Assembly: GCA_963733375.1 (NCBI GenBank)
Contig: CAVTDB010000026.1
Span: 224,001-288,000 of the forward strand
Source of the DNA: Nitrospirota bacterium
Lineage (GTDB): Bacteria > Nitrospirota > JACRHJ01
Direction of reading: 5' to 3'
DNA length: 64,000 nucleotides
Position numbers and translations under genes: made by a program. The first letter of the stretch is position 1; each line of letters begins with the position of its first letter. The notes beneath the pieces were generated by a model. It did no database searches. It was not told the DNA's origin and worked only from the letters and a program-made list of their open reading frames with translations. Of this stretch, positions 32,066-44,235 are shown in pieces.

Positions 32066-32641
32066 ATGCTTTTGATGATCGACAACTACGACTCCTTCAC
32101 GTATAACCTCGTCCAGTATTTCGGGGAACTGGGCGAGGAACTGAAGGTCTTCAGGAACGACAAGATAACGCTGGACGAGATAGCGGACCTTCAGCCGGAA
32201 GGCATCGTCATATCACCCGGCCCGTGCACGCCGAAAGAGGCGGGCATCTCGGTGGACGCCATAAAGCGTTTCGCGGGGAAGATACCCATCCTGGGCGTAT
32301 GCCTGGGGCATCAGTCCATAGGCGAGGCGTTCGGCGGAGACGTCGTCCGGGCAGCCAGGCTCATGCACGGCAAGACGTCCATGGTACGCCACGACGGCAG
32401 GACGATATTCAAAGACATCGAAAACCCTTTCGAGGCCACGCGCTACCACTCCCTGATTGTAAAGCGCGAGACTCTGCCTGATTGCCTGGAGGTTTCGGCG
32501 GAGACGGAGCAGGGCGAGATAATGGCGCTTCGGCATAAGGAATATTTCGTGGAGGGCGTCCAGTTCCACCCGGAATCCATCCTGACCCGCCCGGGCAAGG
32601 ACATACTCAGAAACTTTCTGAGACTGATGAGGGCCAAGTGA
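32066..32641 (+). CDS. trpG: Anthranilate synthase component II (glutamine amidotransferase)
   Basis: [29 protein letters not shown]. Confidence 0.95.
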   Translation: MLLMIDNYDSFTYNLVQYFGELGEELKVFRNDKITLDEIADLQPEGIVISPGPCTPKEAGISVDAIKRFAGKIPILGVCLGHQSIGEAFGGDVVRAARLMHGKTSMVRHDGRTIFKDIENPFEATRYHSLIVKRETLPDCLEVSAETEQGEIMALRHKEYFVEGVQFHPESILTRPGKDILRNFLRLMRAK

Positions 32642-33685
32642 TAAAAGAAGCCATATTAAAAGTCGTCGAGCGCCGGAACCTCTCCCAGGAGGAGATGGAG
32701 GCGGCGATGCGCGAGATAATGGACGGCGAAGCCTCTCACGCGCTGATTGCCTCGTTCATCACCGCGCTTCAGGATGAAAGGCGAGACCATCGACGAGATA
32801 ACCGGCGCGGCCCGCGTAATGCGCAGGAAGGCCACCCGGATACCTCTTAAATCCCGCCCCGTATCCATCGACTGCGACGATATCAACCTGGACGAGGAAA
32901 CCATCCTCGACACCTGCGGCACCGGCGGGGACTCTACCGGCACGTTCAACATATCCACCACCTGCGCTTTTGTCGCGGCGGGCGCGGGGATAAAGGTGGC
33001 GAAGCACGGGAACCGCGCGGTATCGTCGTGCTGCGGCAGCGCGGATGTCTTAGGCGAGCTTGGCGTCAACCTCGAACTTTCGCCGGAAGAAGTCGGCAGG
33101 TGCGTGGATGAAATCGGCATAGGCTTTCTCTACGCGCCGCTTCTGCACTCGGCGATGAAATACGCCCTCATCCCCCGGCGCGAGATAGGCATCAGGACCA
33201 TGTTCAACCTCCTGGGCCCTCTCTCCAACCCGGCGGGCGCGAACGCCCAGGTGATGGGGGTCTATGAGGCCGACCTGACGGAAAAGCTGGCGCACGTGCT
33301 CTTGAACCTGGGCACGAAGCGGGCGATGGTGGTGCACGGGATGGACGGGCTGGACGAGATTACCGTCACGCGCGAGAGCAGGGTCTCCGAGGTGAAGGAC
33401 GCGGGCGTGCATACGTACATCCTCGACCCGCGCGATTACGGAATAGAACTTTCTTCAGCCGACGGCATACTGGGCGGAGACGCGGCGAGTAACGCGGCGA
33501 TTACGCTTTCGGTCTTAAAAGGCGAGAAAGGGCCGAGGCGCGATATCGTCCTTTTAAACGCAGGCGCGGCGATTTATGTCGGCGGCGCCGCATCGTCGCT
33601 TGCCGAAGGAATAACGAAAGCCTCCGAGTCGATAGATTCCGGGGCGGCGCTGAATAAATTACAGACTTTGATCGAGTTCGCGTGA
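32638..33685 (+). CDS. trpD: Anthranilate phosphoribosyltransferase (frameshift ~32770)
   Basis: [28 protein letters not shown]. Confidence 0.95.
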
Positions 33686-33754
33686 GTGGAGGGGAAGCCT
33701 GACGCAGTTTGTCAGGCACGAGTAGTAATGGGTAAAAAAGAAGGAGGTAATTCT

Positions 33755-33877
33755 ATGAGCAACACGAAAAATCAGGAAGCCGTAATACTGGAGCACTTGG
33801 AAAATCTCGACGATTTAAGATGCATCGAAGAGACGAAAAAGCAGGAACTTAATTCCGCGATATTGGCGAGTTTATAA
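33755..33877 (+). CDS. Small hypothetical protein (40 aa) inside the trp operon
   Basis: Perfect SD AAGGAGGT 6 nt before ATG; MSNTKNQEAVILEHLENLDDLRCIEETKKQELNSAILASL. Confidence 0.55.
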   Translation: MSNTKNQEAVILEHLENLDDLRCIEETKKQELNSAILASL

Positions 33878-34005
33878 GAGGCCCTGCGCGTAGAATTGTC
33901 ATTCGGGCGCAGCCTTGGGAACTTGGTTTGAATTTGCTTTAAAATCTTGCGGCGGGTCCCTCAGGCTTGCGCCCGCATGACTGAGCTGTTGCATTTCACT
34001 TTGAG

Positions 34006-34800
34006 GTGCAGGTGATTTTAGACAGGATAGTTGCGGACAAAATAGAAGAGCTTAAGGACGTTAAGTCCCGCCTGCCTCTGAGTGAAGTCAAGGCGATGCT
34101 GGCCGAAGGACGTCCCGTAATGGATTTCGCCGCCGCCTTGATCAACCCGGACGCGGTTTCGATAATAGCCGAAGTAAAGAAAGCCTCGCCTTCCAGGGGC
34201 CTCATCCGCCCGGACTTCGACCCCGTCACCATCGCCCGCGTGTATGAGGAGAACGGGGCGCGGGCAGTGTCCGTGTTAACTGAGAAAAAATATTTCAAGG
34301 GCGACATCGGCTATCTCAAATGGATATCGGGCAGCATAGGCATCCCGGTGCTCCGGAAGGATTTCATATTCGACGAGTACCAGGTATATGAAGCGCGCGC
34401 CAACGGCGCGGACGCCTTTTTACTCATCGCTTCCATCCTCGAGCGGGACCAAATGGAAGACCTCTACCTCCTGGGGAAAGAGCTTGGGATGGAGGCCTTG
34501 GCGGAGGCGCATGACGAGGACGACCTGGAAAAAATTCTGGACCTGACATTTAAAATAATCGGGATAAACAACCGCGACCTGAAGAGCTTCGAGGTTGACA
34601 TAAAGAATACGGAATACTTGATCGAAGAGATACCGATGGACCGGATCGTGGTGAGCGAGTCCGGGATTTCCACAAGGGACGATTTAAAGTTCCTGAAATC
34701 GGTCGGCGCGGACGCGGCCCTCATAGGCGAGGCGCTCATGCGCGAGGCGGATTTCGGCAAAAAACTGCGGGAACTGACCGGCCCGCAGTCGGCGCTTTAA
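34006..34800 (+). CDS. trpC: Indole-3-glycerol phosphate synthase
   Basis: IAEVKKASPSRG, LRKDFI, GINNRDL, VSESGI. Confidence 0.96.
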   Translation: MQVILDRIVADKIEELKDVKSRLPLSEVKAMLAEGRPVMDFAAALINPDAVSIIAEVKKASPSRGLIRPDFDPVTIARVYEENGARAVSVLTEKKYFKGDIGYLKWISGSIGIPVLRKDFIFDEYQVYEARANGADAFLLIASILERDQMEDLYLLGKELGMEALAEAHDEDDLEKILDLTFKIIGINNRDLKSFEVDIKNTEYLIEEIPMDRIVVSESGISTRDDLKFLKSVGADAALIGEALMREADFGKKLRELTGPQSAL

Positions 34801-34816
34801 CCATAGCGGAGGATAA

Positions 34817-36169
34817 ATGAAAGAGACGAAAATTATCCTGACAGAGAAGGAGATGCCGAAGAAGTGGTATAACATCATGGCGGACATGCCCAACAGGCCG
34901 GCCCCGCCTCTCCACCCGGGCACGCATCAGCCCGTGGGGCCCGACGACCTCTCGGCGATTTTCCCCATGCCGTTAATCGAGCAGGAAGTCTCCACGGAGC
35001 GCTGGATAGATATACCGGAAGAGGTGATGGAGATATATTCCCTGTGGCGGCCGTCCCCGCTTTACCGCGCCCACAGGCTGGAAAAGGCGCTGAAGACCCC
35101 CGCGAAAATTTATTATAAGCACGAGGGGTTAAACCCTACCGGAAGCCATAAGCCGAACACCGCCGTCCCGCAGGCGTATTATAACAAGCAGGCGGGCATG
35201 AAGCGCATTGCAACCGAGACCGGGGCGGGGCAGTGGGGGAGCGCGATGTGCTTCTCCGGCGCGTTTTTCGGCCTGGACGTGACGGTCTATATGGTGAAGG
35301 TCAGCTATAAGCAGAAGCCGTACAGGCGGATAGCGATGGAGACCTGGGGCGGCAAGGTTTTCGCGTCTCCCAGCAACCACACGAACGCCGGACGGCAGGC
35401 GCTCGCCGCCGACCACGAAAATCCCGGGAGCCTGGGGCTGGCCATAAGCGAAGCGGTGGAGGACGCCGCGACTCACGGCGACACGAATTACGCGCTTGGC
35501 TCCGTGTTGAACCACGTCTGCCTGCACCAGACGATAATCGGCCTGGAGGCGCAGGAGCAGTTCAAGAAGGCGGGCGATTACCCGGACGTGATACTCGCCG
35601 CATGCGGCGGCGGGAGCAACCTCTCGGGCGTATCCTTCCCGTTTATGCGGGACAAGATTAACGGAAAAGACCTGCGCGTCGTCGCGGTGGAGCCCGCGTC
35701 CTGCCCTACCTTGACGAAAGGCGAATTCCGCTACGACTTTGGCGACACCGCCCAGATGACGCCGCTCATGATGATGTATACCCTGGGTCATAATTTTATT
35801 CCGCCGGGGGACCATGCGGGCGGCCTCCGCTACCATGCGGATTCGCCGATAATCTGCCAGCTTTACAAAGACGGGCTGATAGACGCCATATCGTACCATC
35901 AGACCGAGATATTCGAGGCGGCGTTGACTTTCGCCAGGACCGAAGGGATAATCCCGGCGCCGGAGTCCTCGCACGCGATAAAAGGCGCGATAGACGAGGC
36001 GATAAAGGCGCGTGAAGAGGGGAAGGAGAAGACGATTTTCTTCAACCTCTCAGGCCACGGCATCTTCGACCTCGCGGCTTATGACGAGTACAACTCCGGA
36101 AAAATGAAGGACACGGAGTTCGACGTGGACAAGATGAAGCAGGCACTCGCTGAGCTGCCGGTAATATAA
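34817..36169 (+). CDS. trpB2: TrpB2 (alternative tryptophan synthase beta / TrpB-like PLP enzyme)
   Basis: [51 protein letters not shown]; 450 aa. Confidence 0.92.
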   Translation: MKETKIILTEKEMPKKWYNIMADMPNRPAPPLHPGTHQPVGPDDLSAIFPMPLIEQEVSTERWIDIPEEVMEIYSLWRPSPLYRAHRLEKALKTPAKIYYKHEGLNPTGSHKPNTAVPQAYYNKQAGMKRIATETGAGQWGSAMCFSGAFFGLDVTVYMVKVSYKQKPYRRIAMETWGGKVFASPSNHTNAGRQALAADHENPGSLGLAISEAVEDAATHGDTNYALGSVLNHVCLHQTIIGLEAQEQFKKAGDYPDVILAACGGGSNLSGVSFPFMRDKINGKDLRVVAVEPASCPTLTKGEFRYDFGDTAQMTPLMMMYTLGHNFIPPGDHAGGLRYHADSPIICQLYKDGLIDAISYHQTEIFEAALTFARTEGIIPAPESSHAIKGAIDEAIKAREEGKEKTIFFNLSGHGIFDLAAYDEYNSGKMKDTEFDVDKMKQALAELPVI

Positions 36170-36788
36170 TGACTAAAGTAAAAATATGCGGCATCACGAA
36201 CCTTGAAGACGCGATGTTCGCCGCCGAGTGCGGGGCGGACGCGCTGGGGTTCGTTTTCTTCAACGAAAGTCCGAGGTACATAGACCCTGCCAAGGCCGGA
36301 GAGATAATAGCCGCCCTGCCGCCGTTTATTTCCACCGTCGGCGTCTTTGCCGATGCGGAAGAGAACTTCGTGAAGCATGCCGTCAATGAAAGCGGCGTGG
36401 GGATTTTACAGTTCCACGGCTCCGAAGGCCCGGATTACTGCTCTTCCTTCGGGATGCCGTATCTCAAGGCTTTCAAAATCCGGGGGATGGAGAGCCTGGA
36501 CGCGCTGAAGGATTATCCGGACGCGGCGGCGTTCCTGCTGGATACGTACTCCGAGAAGGAGATGGGCGGTACGGGCGTCGCCTTCAATTGGGACATAGCC
36601 GTAGCCGCGAGACCGTTCGGCAGGATAATACTCGCCGGCGGGCTCGACGCCGGAGAATGTCGCCGAGGCCGTCCGGAAAGTGGGGCCGTACGCGGTGGAC
36701 GTGTCATCAGGCGTCGAGGCCGAGCAAGGGGAAGAAGGACCCGGAGGCAGTCCGGAAATTTATATTGGCGGCAAGGGCCGCATCATAA
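36169..36788 (+). CDS. trpF: Phosphoribosylanthranilate isomerase (frameshift ~36645)
   Basis: VKICGIT, QFHGSE, GGTG..FNW, ILAGGL; VDVSSGVE in the shifted frame. Confidence 0.93.
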
Positions 36789-36828
36789 CGCTACCCCTGC
36801 ACCCCCTCTTATCTTAAGAGGGGGAATT
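36784..36828. repeat. Palindromic REP-like element, family A, copy 2
   Basis: CATAACGCTACCCCTGCA-CCCCCTCTTA-TCT-TAAGAGGGGG-AA, a reverse-complement match to 350-400. Confidence 0.75.
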
Positions 36829-36866
36829 AGGAGTACGAATTTATTTTTAGAAAGAAGGTCGTTAAA

Positions 36867-38052
36867 ATGCTGCCAGATAAAAGCGGGCACTTCGGGCCAT
36901 ACGGCGGTAGGTACGTGCCGGAGACGCTTATGCCCGCACTGTTAGAGCTGGAAAAAGAATACAACAAGGCGAAGAAAGACCCGGCTTTCAAGCGGGAACT
37001 GGATTACTACCTCGCCAATTACGTCGGAAGGCCCACGCCCCTTTTTTATTGCGAGCGCCTCACGAAAAAGCTCGGCGGGGCGAAGATATACCTGAAGCGC
37101 GAAGACTTAGCTCATACCGGGGCGCACAAGATAAACAACGCGCTCGGCCAGGCGCTCCTCGCCGTACGCATCGGGAAGAAGCGCGTGATCGCGGAGACCG
37201 GCGCGGGACAGCATGGAGTGGCGACCGCTACGGCGGCGGCGCTTCTGGGCCTTAAGTGCGAAGTATACATGGGCACGGAGGACGTGCGGCGCCAGGCGTT
37301 GAACGTATTCCGGATGAAGCTTTTGGGGGCGGAGGTCGTACCTGTGGACCTGGGCAGCAAGACGCTCAAGGACGCTATCTCCGAGGCGCTCCGGGACTGG
37401 ACGACAAACGTCCGCACCACGCATTACATAATGGGCACGGTATTCGGCCCGCACCCGTACCCGGTAATGGTGCGTGATTTTCAGTCCGTCATCGGGAAAG
37501 AGGCCAGAGCGCCAGATATTGAAGGCCGAGGGGAAACTGCCGGACGTGCTTATCGCCTGCGTAGGCGGCGGGAGCAACGCGATGGGGCTTTTCTTCCGCT
37601 TCCTGAAAGACGATATTAAAATGGTCGGCGTCGAGGCGGGCGGCAAAGGCATCAAATCCGGAAAACACGCCGCCCGGTACGCGGGCGGCTCGCTTGGCGT
37701 CCTCCAGGGGACGAAGAGCTGGCTTCTGCAGGACGACGAAGGCCAGATACTGGAGACGCATTCGGTATCCGCGGGGCTGGACTACGCATCCGTAGGCCCG
37801 GAGCACAGCTTCTACCGCGACAAGGGCAGGATTGAATATACCTACGCCACGGACGACGAGGCCCTGGCCGCCTTCGACCTGCTCTCGCAGACGGAAGGGA
37901 TAATACCGGCGCTGGAGTCCTCTCACGCGGTTGCGGAGGCGGTGAAGCGCGCGCCGAAGATGAAGAAGAGCCAGGTCATAATCGTGAACCTGTCCGGCCG
38001 TGGCGACAAGGACGTGAACCAGGTCGCGGAGATGAGGGGGGTCAGTCTGTAA
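36867..38052 (+). CDS. trpB: Tryptophan synthase beta chain (frameshift ~37505)
   Basis: [55 protein letters not shown]. Confidence 0.96.
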
Positions 38053-38859
38053 TGTCCCGCATAGAAAATAAGCTTACCGAACTGAAAGAAAAAAAACAGG
38101 CCGCGTTCATCCCGTACGTCATGGCGGGGGACCCGGACCTTCAGACGACGGCCCGGATAGTCCTGGAACTGGAGAAATCCGGCGCGGACATGGTCGAGCT
38201 TGGCGTCCCTTTCTCCGACCCGCTCGCGGACGGCCCGACGATTCAGCGCGCGGCGATACGCGCGCTCAAGCAGAAAGCGAATTTAAGAAAAATATTCGCG
38301 CTGGTAAAGGAACTCCGGAAATCCTCCGGGGTCCCGATCATCCTGATGCTGTATTATAACCTCGTGCATAAATACGGCGAGGAAAAATTCGCGGAGGACT
38401 GCTAAAAGGGCGGGCGTGGACGGGTTCATCGTGCCGGACCTGCCGCCGGAAGAAGCCTCGACACTATCGGCACATTGCGGGAGCCGGGGGCTGGACCTCA
38501 TATTCCTTCTCGCGCCGACGTCGGACGACGACAGGATAAACATGGTAGCCGGAAGCGGCGGCGGGTTCATATATTACGTCTCGCTCACCGGCGTGACCGG
38601 GGCCCGCGCAAGCATGTCAACGGGCATCGATAAAGCCGTCAGGAAGATTAAGCGGATGAGCAAAAAACCCGTCTGCGTGGGCTTCGGCATCTCGAACCCG
38701 GAGCAGGCGGGCGAGATGGCTAAAATTGCCGACGGCGTAATTGTCGGCAGCGCCATAGTGGGAAAAATAGAGAAGGCCTCAAGCCCCGAAGAAGCGGTGA
38801 GGGAGGCCGGGAAGTTCGCGCGGGAGTTGAAGGCGGGGATTATAAAAGCGGGACGCTGA
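38052..38859 (+). CDS. trpA: Tryptophan synthase alpha chain (frameshift ~38403)
   Basis: ELGVPFSDPLADGPTIQ, DLPPEE, GVTGAR, VGFGIS, DGVIVGSA. Confidence 0.95.
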
Positions 38860-38882
38860 CCCTCGAAGGCCTGGACAAAAAA

Positions 38883-39511
38883 TTACTCGAAATACGGGTT
38901 CTGCTTCTTCTCAAAGCCTATCGTCGTATCGTCGCCGTGTCCGGGATAAACCTTCGTATCGTCCGGGAGATGGCCTAGCTTGTCTTTCAGCGAATGGATG
39001 ATGGTGTTGTAGTCCCCGCCGGGAAGGTCCGTCCTGCCTATCGAGCCCCAGAAGAGCGTGTCGCCGGTGAAGACGACGCTGTGCTTTTTTTACGTACAGG
39101 CTGATGCCTCCGGGCGTATGCCCCGGCGTCTCGATGACCTCCATCTCTACGTCCCCGATTTTTATCTTGTCCCCGCCCTTTAAGAAGAATGTCCGGCCTC
39201 GGAGGCTCTTCCACATGCATCCCGAAAATCGCGGCCTGAACGGAAATATTTTTCAGAAGGGGCGCGTCCTTCTCGTGCACCATGACCTCTGCGCGGGTCT
39301 TCTCGAAGAGTTCCTTTGCCGCGCCCGCGTGGTCGAAATGCGCGTGGGTCAAAATTATATATTTCAGCTTCAGGCCCCGCCGGTGCAGGACGGCGTTTAT
39401 TTTTTCCGCGTCGTCGCCCGGGTCTATCACCGCGGCCTCGTGAGTCGCCTCGGAGCCGACGATATAACAATTTACCGCGAGCGCGCCCACCGCGATAGTT
39501 TCAAGGATCAT
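38883..39511 (-). CDS. MBL-fold metallo-hydrolase (glyoxalase II/YcbL-like; frameshifted)
   Basis: [24 protein letters not shown], ends EKQNPYFE. Confidence 0.88.
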
Positions 39512-41076
39512 TTATTGAGCACCTTTCGCCTTAACATGTTGATTATGAATGACAACTCTTCGCTTTTAAGAAAATAGAGTATGAGGCAATAGACGGCAAG
39601 GCCGGCGGCGATTGCCGCGCCGACTATCGCGCCCTTCCTGACGGTATGGCCGCTTAGCGCCCATAAATCGCCCCGGCCTATATAATAACATACGACGCCC
39701 ATCACGGCGGCGGCCAGGACTATTTTTACAGCCGATATAAAAATCTTTTTCGCCCCTATCCGTCCCATCCTTCTCCTGAAAAGGAACAGGAGCAGCGACA
39801 TGTTTACCATTGAAGCGATCGCGGTGGCGAGCGCCAGGCCGCCGTGTTTCAGCGGGCCCATCAAGAGAAGGCTTAACGTCGCGTTGACCGTTACCGCGAG
39901 GAACGCCCCCATTACCGGCGTCCTGGTATCGTGCAGCGAATAAAAGGCGGCGTTTATAACCCTGACCCAGGAGTAAGCCCAAAGGCCCAGGCTATAGAAT
40001 TGGAGCGCGTAGGCGGTATTTACGGTAGACGAATAAGTGAACGTGCCCCTTTGAAAAAGAAGGCTGGTAATCGGGACGCTCAGTACGATGAGGCCGACCA
40101 TCGAAGGGACCATAATGAACAGGATGTATCGAAGCCCGAAAGAAAGCGTTTCTTTCAGGCCGTCATAATCACCCACTGCGGCCTGGCGCGACATGCTGGG
40201 CAGGACCGCCGTGGTAATTGAAACCCCGAAAATTCCGTGCGGGAACTGGAACAGGGTCGTTGCGTAAAATAGATATGAGACGCTGCCCTCGGGCAGGTAA
40301 GTCGCGATCAGGCTGCTGATGAACATGTTTATCTGGGTAGAGGCCTGGCTGCCGATGACCGGAATCGTGAGGCGTCCGACCTTCTTGACGCCTGGGTCGC
40401 GCGGCCTCATCATGAAGAGAAAACCCATCCCTTTTTTCTTGAGCGGCGGGAGCTGGATGAGCAGCTGCAAGAGCCCGCCGAACACCACGCCCAGCGCCAG
40501 TCCGACTATAGGCGTCTGCATATGAGGGGATACATAGAGCGCAAACCCGATCATCGAGAGGTTCAGCATCACCGGAGAGAGCGCGGGCACGGTAAAGGAG
40601 CCAAGGGAGTTAAGCATGCCCATCGTGACCGCGGCGAGGCCGATGAACATGACATACGGGAACATTATCCTGGTGAGCTTTACGGTCAGCGCGAACTTTT
40701 CGGGATATCTGGCATAGCCATGCGCGATGGCGTTTACGATCGCCGGTGAAAAGATTATGCCAAGCGTTACCACTCCCGTGCAGATGAAAAGCAGGATATA
40801 GAAGATGGAGCTTGCCAGTTCCCTGGCTTCCTCTTTTGATTTAGTATGGAAGTATTCCGTGAAGACCGGGATAAAGGCCGCGGACATCGATCCTTCCGCC
40901 AGCACTTCGCGGAGGATATTGCTTATCCTGAAGGCCTGGAAAAAGGCGTCTGCCACCATCCCCGCGCCGAATATCCTGGCGATTACCATGACCCGGATGA
41001 AACCAAGAACACGCGAGACGGCCGTCACGAGGCTTATCGACCAGGCGGCGCGGGTGACGCTTGCCTGTTCGCTCAT
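39508..41076 (-). CDS. murJ: Lipid II flippase MurJ
   Basis: SRVLGFIR, LAEGSMSAAFIP, FYSLHDTRTP; ~14 TMs. Confidence 0.95.
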   Translation of the reverse strand: MSEQASVTRAAWSISLVTAVSRVLGFIRVMVIARIFGAGMVADAFFQAFRISNILREVLAEGSMSAAFIPVFTEYFHTKSKEEARELASSIFYILLFICTGVVTLGIIFSPAIVNAIAHGYARYPEKFALTVKLTRIMFPYVMFIGLAAVTMGMLNSLGSFTVPALSPVMLNLSMIGFALYVSPHMQTPIVGLALGVVFGGLLQLLIQLPPLKKKGMGFLFMMRPRDPGVKKVGRLTIPVIGSQASTQINMFISSLIATYLPEGSVSYLFYATTLFQFPHGIFGVSITTAVLPSMSRQAAVGDYDGLKETLSFGLRYILFIMVPSMVGLIVLSVPITSLLFQRGTFTYSSTVNTAYALQFYSLGLWAYSWVRVINAAFYSLHDTRTPVMGAFLAVTVNATLSLLLMGPLKHGGLALATAIASMVNMSLLLFLFRRRMGRIGAKKIFISAVKIVLAAAVMGVVCYYIGRGDLWALSGHTVRKGAIVGAAIAAGLAVYCLILYFLKSEELSFIINMLRRKVLNK

Positions 41077-42921
41077 GAGGCGGGGCCGCTTAACCGGGTC
41101 ATTGCCGGAAGGCGGACGGTGAAGGTGGTGCCTTCACCCACGCGGCTCGTCAGTGAGATGCTTCCGCCGTGCGCTTCGGTAACGGCCTTGGCGATATAGA
41201 GGCCAAGGCCCATGCCCTCTATTTTTCCCGTTGCGCTGGAGCGGCGGAATTTCTGGAACATCGTATCGACATCTTGTTCCGGTATCCCTTTGCCGGTATC
41301 GGAGATGGCTATCTCGACCCCATCCTCCACGGCCTTTGTCGAGACCGTAACCGACGACCCGGAGGGAATAAACTTAAGCGCGTTGCCCAGAATATTTCCT
41401 ATCACCCGGTCGAGCTGCACCTTGTCCGCCATGATGCGCGGGAGGCCGGTCCCTTTCAGGAAAGAGATCTTTACGTTCTTCCTCTCCGCCTGGGGGATGA
41501 AGAAAGTCATGGAATCCTCGATAAGTTCATTTACGCTGACAGGCTGGACGTTAAGCTTCAGCTTTCCGGCGTCGATTGCGGACGAGACCAGGTAGTTATC
41601 GACGAGGGTCAAAATCTTTTTGCCGCTCGCGTACACGCTGGTCATGGCCTTATGCAGCTCGTCTTCCCCCTTAAGGGCGCCGTCGCCGATCATTTCCGCA
41701 TACGTCAGGATGGTGGAAAGCGGCGACTTTATATCATGCGTTATCATGGCGTTAAAATCCGCTTTTTCCTTCTCCAGCCGGACGAGTTCATCGTTCGTCC
41801 TTTCGAGTTGGTAATTGGCGTCTTTTAAATAGTCGTTGTACTCGTTTATTTTCACGTCCCTTTCCTGGAGGGCATTCGCCATGCTGTTGAACGAGTTCGC
41901 CAGTTCTCCTATCTCGTCCTCGTGTTTATGGGGGATCCTCAAGCCGAAATCCCCTGCTCCTATTTTGGCCGCGCCGTCCCTCAACTCGTTGACAGGTTTT
42001 ACTATATACCCGGCAAGATATCTGGAAATTACGAACGCGCCGAAAGCCGTAATGATGAAAAGCACGAAATATATCTTGAGCAGGCGGTTCATCGGTTCCT
42101 GCAGTTCCGAATAATTTTCATTGACTCCCACGGACCAGCCATGCCCCTTGTAGTCCCCGAAGCCCTTGAGCGGCGCGAAACCGACTACTTTCCTGGCGCC
42201 TCTCCTGGATGTATAATAAGCCGTGCCCCTCTTCCCGCTAATCATTTCATGGACCATCTTCTTCATATCCGGAGGCATGGGCGGGCTACGGACGAAGGAT
42301 TTCGTCCCCGGGGTGATCGATAGGGAGGCCATCTTTGTTCAGGAGGAAGGCATAACCGGTACGCCCGGAAGCCTTGTTCTCCTTCGCGACCGCATCCAGA
42401 ATTTCCCAGATATTTTCCAGTTTCAGGTTTGCCGTGATGATGCTGACAAGCCTTCCTTGCTTATCATAAACGGGGGCCGCGAAAGACATGGTAGGCTTGT
42501 CGGTCAAGGGGGATATATACATGTCCGATGACGTGACCTGGCCGTTCAAGGCCGGGAGGAACCAGGAGTTACTGTAGCTTTTCCCGCCGGGTTTTCTTAT
42601 GTCCTCGACGTTTATAACGCTTATATGGTCGTAATAAGGATATATCCTCAGGTATTCGGAAAGTACTGCATTCTGGCTGCTTGTGGTGGTCTTCAGTCCG
42701 TGGAGCGAGTAATGCAGCGCGATCGCGCGGGTATCTTCGTACTTATTCGCAAGGTAGCGGTCCACCTTGTCCGCAAGCTCCGAAGCCATAATGGAAAGGC
42801 TGTTTTCGGTCTGGCGCCTAAGCGCATCTTTCTTCGAGTGGTAGGAGACGAACCCCAGCAGCAGGATGACCGAGAGGTCCATCACGAAGAATATCAGGAA
42901 AAGCTTGGTCTTAAGGCTCAT
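41073..42921 (-). CDS. Cache-HAMP-HisKA sensor histidine kinase (frameshift ~42320)
   Basis: TM, SDMYISPLTDKPTMSFAAPV Cache motif, TM, HAMP (DEIGELANSFN), THDIKSPL, GMGLGL. Confidence 0.88.
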
Positions 42922-43014
42922 TCGTACTGTGACTGGCATAAATTAATCCTTGACTTGGAATGCGCGTTGTGTTAAATATTTTAACTTCGTTTAAAAACAC
43001 CAAGGAGGTCGGAT

Positions 43015-43287
43015 TTGGCAAACCATAAGTCAGCGCTTAAAAGGAACAAACAGTCTCTCGTCCGGAGGGAGAGGAACCGCAAGGCGAAATCGGCGCTCAG
43101 AACGATCGTAAAGAGCTTTAATACGACCGTGGCGAAGGACCCGGAGGCCGCGAAGGAGTTATTGGCTTCGGCCGTCCCGGCCATAGCGAAGGCCGCTTCA
43201 AAAGGCATAATCCACAAAAACGCCGCGTCCCGCAAAATTTCACGCCTCTCTAAAAAGCTTCACAAATCTGCCACTCAGGGGGCTTAA
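43015..43287 (+). CDS. rpsT: 30S ribosomal protein S20
   Basis: MANHKSALKR..KGIIHKNAASRKISRL; AGGAGG + TTG start. Confidence 0.96.
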   Translation: MANHKSALKRNKQSLVRRERNRKAKSALRTIVKSFNTTVAKDPEAAKELLASAVPAIAKAASKGIIHKNAASRKISRLSKKLHKSATQGA

Positions 43288-44235
43288 ACAGCCCCCGAAA
43301 GTTCCAGCACAAGCCGTTCCACAATCAGCCTCGGCGGCACGGGAGACCCCTTAAGGTCCCTGTCCGCCTTCTGGAATAAGCCGAAAGCGCGGACGGCGTC
43401 ATCTTCCGATATCGTCCTCGCGGGGGCTTTCTGCCCCTTAAACCCGCCCTCGTCGCCCGCGGACATCTTACGCCAATGGCCCGCGAGTATCGCAAGGAGC
43501 TTCAGCGGCTCCTCGCCGTCCCGGAGGAGCTTCTCCAGCGTCTCTATCGCTTTCGACGCATCCTTCGCCGCCGCCGCGTCCGCCAGCTCGAACACCGCCG
43601 GGAGGCCGAAATCCCCCACCGACTCCTTAACGTCCTCCTCCTTCACGCGGCGTCTTTCGCCAAGGAGGTTAAAGACCTTGTTAAGCTCCGCCTCTATCAG
43701 GGCGAGGTTGCCGGAAAGGGTCTCCGCGAGGTATAAAACCGCGCCCCGGTCAATAGTCGAAGCCGTTTGCCCTGACTAACCTCTGGACCAGGTCCGGTAT
43801 TTCATAATCCCGGGGCCGCCAGAAATGGACGTAGACGCCATCGTCCGGGAGTAACTCCGAGAGGGTCCGCTCTTTCGAGCGTTCCGCGCCCATTGCTATC
43901 ATTACCAGGACACAGTCCGGGGAAGGCGATTTAAGATACTCCTTGAGCCCCCCCAGGTCCCGGAGCTTATCCGCCTCTTTCAGCACCACCAGACGCCTCT
44001 CGGCCATCATCGGAAGAGTGGACGCCTGCGCCGCGACCTCTGACGCCTTCGTGTCTTTTCCGTAGAAGACATCGAGGTTGAAATCCCTCGGAGCGCCGGC
44101 CAGGGCCTTCTCCGTGATGGCTTCCAGCGCCCTGTCCGCGAAATAAAGCTCCTCCCCCGTAAGGAGATATACCGTTGCGAGCGGGCCTTTCTCCAGGTGG
44201 TCGAACAGGGCCTTATGGTTGATTGATTTCTTCAT
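43284..44235 (-). CDS. holA: DNA polymerase III delta subunit (frameshifted)
   Basis: VYLLTGEE, TLPMMAERRLVVLKEA, ELNK; leuS-lptE-holA-rpsT synteny. Confidence 0.88.
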
